In this document: piece by piece, positions 57,730-64,000 of the stretch
Layout: each line of letters starts with the position of its first letter
Position numbering within the stretch: position 1 is the stretch's first letter
Source: Scenedesmus sp. PABB004
Taxonomy: Eukaryota
Assembly (NCBI GenBank): GCA_014905635.1
Contig: JABVCE010000002.1
Coordinates: 2,108,001-2,172,000 of the forward strand
Length of the DNA stretch: 64,000 nucleotides
Direction: 5' to 3'
Made by a program: the position numbers and the translations under genes
The notes under the pieces: generated by a model
The model's input: only the letters and a program-made list of their open reading frames with translations
Databases searched by the model: none
What the model was told of the DNA's origin: nothing

Positions 57730-60700
57730 TCAGGTCAGCTGCACCGCGACGACTTGCGTGAGCCCGTCGGTCATGGACAGCCGCAGCTGCACGCACTGCC
57801 CCGGCGCCGCGCCGGCCTTGGCCACGGCAAAGGTGAGCACGCTGACGCCCGTCTTCCGCGCGCACGTCTCGCCCGGCGCCGCCGCGGTGCTGCGCAGCGC
57901 GACCGCGCTGGCGCTCCCCGGCGGGCAGGGCACGCGCGCGCCGAGGCGCGCGGCGCGCACGACGCGCGCCGTCGGGCACCGCGGCCCGCCGGCGGCGCCC
58001 GAGACGGTGAACGGAAGCGCCGCGTTGCGCCCGAGCGCCGCCCGCACCACGGCGGTGCCGTTGGCCCAGGGCCAGGTCACGCGCCAGGCGCAGCGCGTGA
58101 GGCGCGCGCCGGCGCGCACAAAGGGCTGCGCGACCAGGCCCTGCGCCGCGCCGCACGTGCACAGGTCGCCGCCGCTGCTGTCCGTCGCGCAGCGGCAGCC
58201 CGCGGCCGGCAGGCACATGCCGGGGAGCGTGCACGCGTCGCAGAGCGGCGCGGGGCCGCAGGCCCCAGAAGCCTCGCCCCACTGCCCGCTCGCGAGGCAG
58301 GGCAGCACGTAGCCGGCGCCCGTGCGGCCGGGCGCGCAGCCCACTGCGCAGCTGCCGCCGGCGGGCGCGCCGTCCGCGCAGGCGCCGGGCGCCGCGCCAT
58401 CAGGCAGGACCGCCGGCGCGCCGCACGCCGACGGCGGCGCGCAGGCGAGGCCGCCGGCGGGCGAGGCGCGGCAGAACAGGGCGTCTCCGCACGAGGCAAA
58501 CTCGGGCGCGTAGGTGTAGCGGCACGTGGCGCCGTTGACCGGCAGGCACAGGTGCGGCGCGGCGCACGCCGCGACCGAGACGCCTGCGGCGGAGGGCGGG
58601 CGGCGGCGGCGGCGCGGCAGTGAGGGCATGAGTGCACGGGGGTCGGCCAGCGGGTCTGGCACGCGTGCGCGGGGCGGAGCTGCCGCGTGGGGCGGGCTGC
58701 CGCCGCCGCGCGGGCCGCCGCGACGCGCACACACGCACCCGACTGCACGTCCACGCACGCCGGCACCACCTGGCGCCGGCACGCCGGCAGCGGCGCCGTC
58801 GCGAGGCAGTCCCACGCGTCCCGCACGTTGAGCACGCCCGCGGGCAGCGATGCGCCGGGCGGGGGCGCGATCGTGTCGTCGGCGGTGTCGATCATGCAGC
58901 GCAGCACGTCGGCCGCGGAGGCGTCGGGGAAGGCGTTGCGCAGCAGCATCGCGGCGCCCGACACGAACGGGGCGGCCAAGCTCGTCCCTGCGGCGCGGCA
59001 CAGCCGGGGCGGCGCGGAGGGGAGGAGGGGTCGGGCGCGGCGCCGCTGGGGGCGCGCCGCGCGCAGCACGCAGCACGCGCGCCGCGCGCCGCACCGGCGG
59101 TGGTGTACGCGGCCCAGCGGCCGCCGAGCCAGGAGGCGACCCTGTAGTTGGTCCAGATGTCCACCCCGGGCGCCGCGAGGCGCACGACGTCGCCCCAGTT
59201 GCTGAACGTGGCCAGCGCGTCGGTGCGGTCGATCGCGGCCACGGCGACGAGGCAGCGCGGGAACTCGGCGGCGAGCGCGGCGGGCAGGACGAGGACGCCG
59301 GGCAGCACGCTGCCGTCGGGCTGCGTGCGGCGGACGGGGCGCCGCGGCGGGCGGTGAGCGCCGGCCGCGGCCGCCACGCCTGCAGCCCCGCCACGCCCGC
59401 CAAGGCGCGGCTGCGGCCTCCCTCCCGCGCCGCCGCACCTGCAGCCCCGCGTCGCTGACGTTCACGCCCACAAAGGTCGGCGACGCGCCGGTGCAGCCGC
59501 TGCCGAGGCAGCGCCCGTTACCGGCCGCCGCGACGGCGAGGCCGTCGGCGGCGCAGAGGACCTTCAGGGCATCCCGGTAGAGCTGGGCGATGGTCGGGTC
59601 GCTGGTCACTGAGGTGAGGGAGAGGTTTATGACGTGGTGGTGCCCGCGCTCGACCGAGGCGAGCATGCAGCGCGCGATGTCCGACTCCCAGCCGCTCGCG
59701 TCGGCGCCAAACGCGTTGCACGACGCGACGCCGCCCAACGTCGGCCCGGCCACGCCCGCGACGCTCTGGCCGTCGGGCTGGCCTTCCCAGGGGCCCCAGC
59801 CGCCCGCGGCGACGCCAAAGACGCCCGTGCCGTGCGGGTGCCCCGCCTCGCCGCCGGCGGGCTGGTCGGCCTCGTCGCGCGCGTAGGTCACGCCCGCGGC
59901 GGCGTCGAGCTGAGGGATGATGTTGAAGTGCTTCGAGTCGACGCCCGTGTCTGCGCGCGGGCGGCGGGCCGCGCCGGCGGTGAGCGAGCGAATGGCGGCA
60001 GCGCGCGGCGCGGCGGCGGGCGCCGCGCAGCGGCGCGCGGGCGAGGGAGCGGCGTGTGTGTGCGCGCGCGCGCTCACCGATGATCATCGCGCGCCGGCTG
60101 AAGTTGAGCGGCATGAGCGACCCCATGTCCGCCCACAGCTCTGCGCAGCAGCCGGGGGGCGCAGCGGGGGCGCGCGGTGGGCGGGCGCGGCAGCGCCCGC
60201 GGCGCCTGCAAAACAGAGGGCCGGCGGCCGCGCCTCGCCGCACCTGGCGCCCGGATGCGGTCCAGGCCCCACTGCTTAGGACAGGTGCCGGTCGAGCACT
60301 CGTCCGGCAGGTTGGGCGGGACGTCGCTCGCAGGCGACGCCGCCCGCGCCGCGCCGGCCCCGGCCCCGGCCGCAAACGCCCGCGGCTGCGCCGCGGGCGG
60401 CGGCGCCGCGTCCACGCCGTACAGCTCCACGCGCTGGTCGACGCCCGCGATCGCAAACAGCGGCGCCTCGGCCGGGCCGGCTGCCGACGCCGACGCGCCG
60501 CCGCCCGGCTCGGCGGTCAGCGCGGCCGCCGCGGCGCGCAGGTCGAGTGGCGGCGCGCCGGCGGCCGCCGCGGCGCCGCCGGCCGGCGCGCGCAGGACCT
60601 GCCAGCAGGGCACGCCCAGCGGCGCATCATAGACCAGGCCCACCGCCGCAGCCCGCGCCCGCACCCGCGCGAGCGTGGCCGCGTCCACGCCGGCGGCGCG

Positions 60701-61049
60701 GCAGTGCGCGGCGTGCAGCCGCGCCAGCACCGCCGGCTGCTCCAGCTCCTGGGCCGCCACGGCGGCCGCTGCGGAGCGGGCGGGCGGCGGCGGCGGCGGC
60801 GGGCGGTGGGCGGGCGGCAGCAGCGGCGGCGCGCTGCCGCGCCCGGTGACGAGCGCGCGGCGGCCCGCCGGGCGGTGCGTTCGCGAGCACGCGCGTCATG
60901 TAACACGCCACTGCGCTGCCGCACCCCGGCGCGGGCGGTGCGGGCCGGGAGGCGCGGCCGCGCCCGGCCGCGCTTGCCCGCGGTCTCCGCTCACCGCCGC
61001 AGAGCGCCAGCAGCGCCGCGTTGAGTAGCAACATCGATAACCGACCCAT
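57730..61049 (-). CDS. Secreted subtilisin-like S8 serine protease with Cys-rich C-terminal extension (multi-exon)
   Basis: Signal MGRLSMLLLNAALLALC; QWGLDRI; II|DTGVD (Asp); HGTGVFGVAAG (His); VINLSL; AAAGN; FSNWG; LAAPG; GTSLAAPFVSGAA (Ser); TGTAA on minus strand at about 57527. Confidence 0.93.
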
Positions 61050-61747
61050 GCTAGCGTCGACGTCGGTGTCAGAGCATCCCCGGCGGCGGCTGGCGGCGGC
61101 GAGGAAGCGCACTCGCGGGCCGGCTGCGCGGAGCGGCCAGCGCCTTCTAGCTGCGCGGGCCCACTTGAACGCTGCTTGTGGATGCCGGGGGGCGTGGGGG
61201 ACCGTCACGACGGGCCGTCAGAGCGCGCGGCCGCTCGGCTGCCCTCGCGCCGTCGCTGACGACCTCTGTTGCATGAGGGTGCGGTGCGGTGGCAGCCGGC
61301 AAACGGCACGGACAGTCCGCCCAAGGGTCGGTCAAGGGCGAGGAGAGGGACACACGGAGGAGAGGGGGGCACACAACACGACGCTCGGCAACGCGCGCGC
61401 AGAGCGCGGCGGCATCCGTTCGCAGCGGCGGGGCCGGGGGCCCGCACGCATGCGGCGCACAATCACGACGCAGTCGGTATACACAGCCCGCGGGGTGGCA
61501 AAAACCCGAGCGCCCCCGGCGTGCGGGGGCGCGCTCCGCTCGGCCGCGCGCACTCCGGCGCGCAGCCCGCCTGGCGGCGGCGGCAGCGGCGCTCGTCCGA
61601 TCCCCCCCAAACCCCACCCATCCGGGTGCACACGCAGGGCGGCGGCCCGCCCCGCGGCTCAGCTCGCGCCAAGCTCAGCTCAAGCTCGCCGAGCCTCACA
61701 CTCAGCTCGGCTCGGCTCGCCGAGCCTCGCGCTCAGCTCTGCTGGGC

Positions 61748-63973
61748 TCAGCTGTCCATCATGAACTCGCCGCCTGAGCTCGGCCCCGGCGAGGAGCTAG
61801 AGCGCATGCCCGGCGGCGCACCCGCCGACGCGCCGGCAAACGCGCCAAGCGCCTGCGTGTGCCACGGCGACTCGGGGTTGGCGCTCGAGCCCGCCCACTT
61901 GTGGAACGTCTCGATGTACCGCACTGCACCGGGGTGGGCGACGGGGTGGGCGCGGGGCGCGGCGTGTGAGCGCGCAGGACGCGCCGCAGCTGCGCGGCGG
62001 GCGAGGCGGCCGCGCGGGCGCGCGAGCGCGCTGCGAGCGGCCCCCGCCCCCGCCGCGCACCCGTCTGGCTCTTGCCGCGCATAACGACGCTGTTGGTCGT
62101 CGCGCCGCCGCTGAAGAAGCGCACGCCGCGCACGAGGTCGCCGTCGCTCACGCCCGTGGCGGCAAAGAAGCACTGCGGCGCGGGCCGCCTCGTCAGGGCG
62201 GCGGCGGCGCGGCGCCGGGCGCGGCGCGGCGCGGCGCTTCTGCCGGCGGCTTCGGGCGCCCGCGGCCCCCTTGCGGCGGCGCGCGGGTCCGCCGCGCACG
62301 TCGTGGCCGCGCACGAGGTCTTCGGTGTGGAGAATCTTGTCCAGGTCGCGCCCGCTCGCGCGTATCGCTGCCGCGTCGGCCTCGTCGCGCGCCCAGAGTC
62401 GGCCCTGGATCGAGCCGCCCATGCACTTGAGCGCCGCGGCGGCGATGACGCCCTCGGGCGTGCCGCCGATGCCCATCATCACGTCCACCGGCGCCTCGGG
62501 CTTGGCGGTTTCGATCGCGCCGCCGACGTCGCCGTCGCTGATCATGCGGATGCGCGCGCCCGCGGCGCGGATCTCGGCGATGAGCTTCGCGTGCCGCGGG
62601 CGGTCGAGCACGAGCACGGTCACGTCCCTGGGCAGCACGAGGCGCGGCGCGCGGCGCGCGGCGCGCACGCAGCAGGGCGTCGGCGCGTCGGCGCCGCGCC
62701 GGCGCGGCACGCCCGGCTGCTGCTGCCGCCCCGGCGCCGCCAGGAGCGGGCGAGCGCGCTCCCGTCGCTCTGCCCTGCGCGCACCCGACGGGCTTGCCAA
62801 GGCAGTTTGCGACCGCCTCGAGGTTGTGCGCAACGCTGTAGTTCAGGCTCACGCGCCGCGGGTCCACGCCCGGGCCGACCGCGAGCTTCTCCATGTAGAA
62901 GCACGGCCCCGGGTCGTACATGCAGCCGCGCTCCGCGAGAGCGATGACCTGCACAGCGGCGGCGGCGGCGCACGCGGCGGGCGCGGCGCCGGGCGCGGCG
63001 CGGCGTCAGGCGGGCGCGGCGCACGCGGCGGAGAGAGCTAGAGAGAGCTGCGCCGGGCGGCGGCGCGGCGCGCACCGCGATCGCGCCGCTGCGGCCCTGC
63101 GCGGTGAGCGTGGTGCCGTCGAGCGGGTCGACAGCGATGTCCACCGCCGGCGCGCTGCCGTCGCCAATGTGCTCGCCTGGCGGCCGCGCGCAGCAGCGGC
63201 AGCGACACGAGCGGCGCGCGGTGGGCGGCCTGGCTCCGCCGCGCGCGCGGGGGCGCCCCGAGGGGCGAGCCCCGGCGGCGGCCCCGGTGGCCCCTCCCGC
63301 GCGCCGGGCCGCGCGCGCCGCACCGCAGTAGAGCATGGGCGCCTCGTCCTTCTCGCCCTCGCCGATGACCACGACGCCGTCCATCTGGATGTCGTTCAGC
63401 ACCTGGGGCGGCGGCAGCGGCCGCGGCAGAGGCGGCGGCGCGGCAGAGGGTGAGCGCGCGGCAGAGAGTCAGCGCGCGGCAGAGAGTGAGCGCGCAGGCG
63501 GCTCGCGGGCGGGCGCCTGGCGCGCGGGCGTGGCGCGCCTTGCGCATCATGTCCACCGCCGCCTGGTCGGCCGCGTTCTTGTCGCCCTTGCCCAGCCTGC
63601 GGGGCGCCGCGCCGCGCGGCGGTGAGGGCGCGTGCAGCGCGGGCGCGCGCAGCGCAGCGGCGCGCGGCGCGGCGCGGCGCGGCGCGGCGCGGCGCCCCCA
63701 CGCACCAGCGCGCGGCGGCGAGCGCGGCGGCCTCGGTGACGCGCACCAGCTCCAGCGCCAGGTTGCGGCTGGGCGCGGTGTAGTCGGGCCCGACTGGACG
63801 CAGCAGCGGCGGCAGGGCAGCAGCAGCGCCGGCGGTCACGCGCGGTCACCCGCGCGCCCGCCGGGGCGAGGCGGCCGTGGCGCGGTCGGCCCCGCGGCGC
63901 GGGCGCGCGACCGTCGGCCGCGGCGCCGCGTTGCTGGCGGGCCGTGGAGCGCGGGGACGTGGCGCACCGGCAT
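61748..63973 (-). CDS. glpX: Class II fructose-1,6-bisphosphatase (GlpX family), multi-exon; start uncertain and possibly beyond the window
   Basis: [95 protein letters not shown]. Confidence 0.95.
63438..63495. repeat. 18-bp tandem repeat (about 3 copies) in a glpX intron
   Basis: Unit approximately GCGCGGCAGAGAGTGAGC. Confidence 0.75.
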
Positions 63974-64000
63974 CCTAGCTGGCCCGTCGACGGTTGCGGG

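Noticed and set aside
61655..61753. (GCTCA/GCTCG)n-like stretch after the glpX stop
   Set aside because: Degenerate simple repeat in a 3' UTR with no supportable function
1..64000. Hundreds of long overlapping Arg/Ala/Pro/Gly-rich ORFs
   Set aside because: Expected at this GC content because stop codons are rare; they are shadows of spliced genes or read through introns

Overview
Eukaryotic, extremely GC-rich (by eye roughly 75-80%), intron-dense nuclear DNA from a chlorophycean green alga. The evidence is an ASA4 ATP-synthase subunit and TGTAA poly(A) signals; Sphaeropleales is a guess. Most ORF-track entries are GC artefacts, so genes were rebuilt by hand from exon motifs and the spans given include introns. 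I find 17 protein genes: M16 peptidase-like (partial), a large secreted TSP1/DUF11/Cys-rich protein, GH16 glucanase, alpha-glucan water dikinase, two tandem orphan paralogs, cytochrome P450, M43-type metalloprotease with disintegrin-like repeats, CASP golgin, AAR2, ASA4, CPA2 cation/H+ antiporter, gulonolactone-oxidase-like, TOM2A-like tetraspanin, Roadblock/LC7, an LRR receptor with tandem class III cyclase domains, a subtilase and GlpX-type FBPase. There is one tRNA-Ala(UGC). The most notable items are: (1) an LRR-TM receptor whose two cyclase domains keep complementary halves of the active site; (2) a long intronic hairpin in GWD resembling a pre-miRNA; (3) a lower-GC 1.4 kb block bracketed by tRNA-Ala and a duplicate of its 3' end, containing apparent LINE 3' remnants; (4) an inverted exon copy decaying by CpG->TpG; (5) frequent GC-AG introns. 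All family calls come from recognising motifs; no database search was run.
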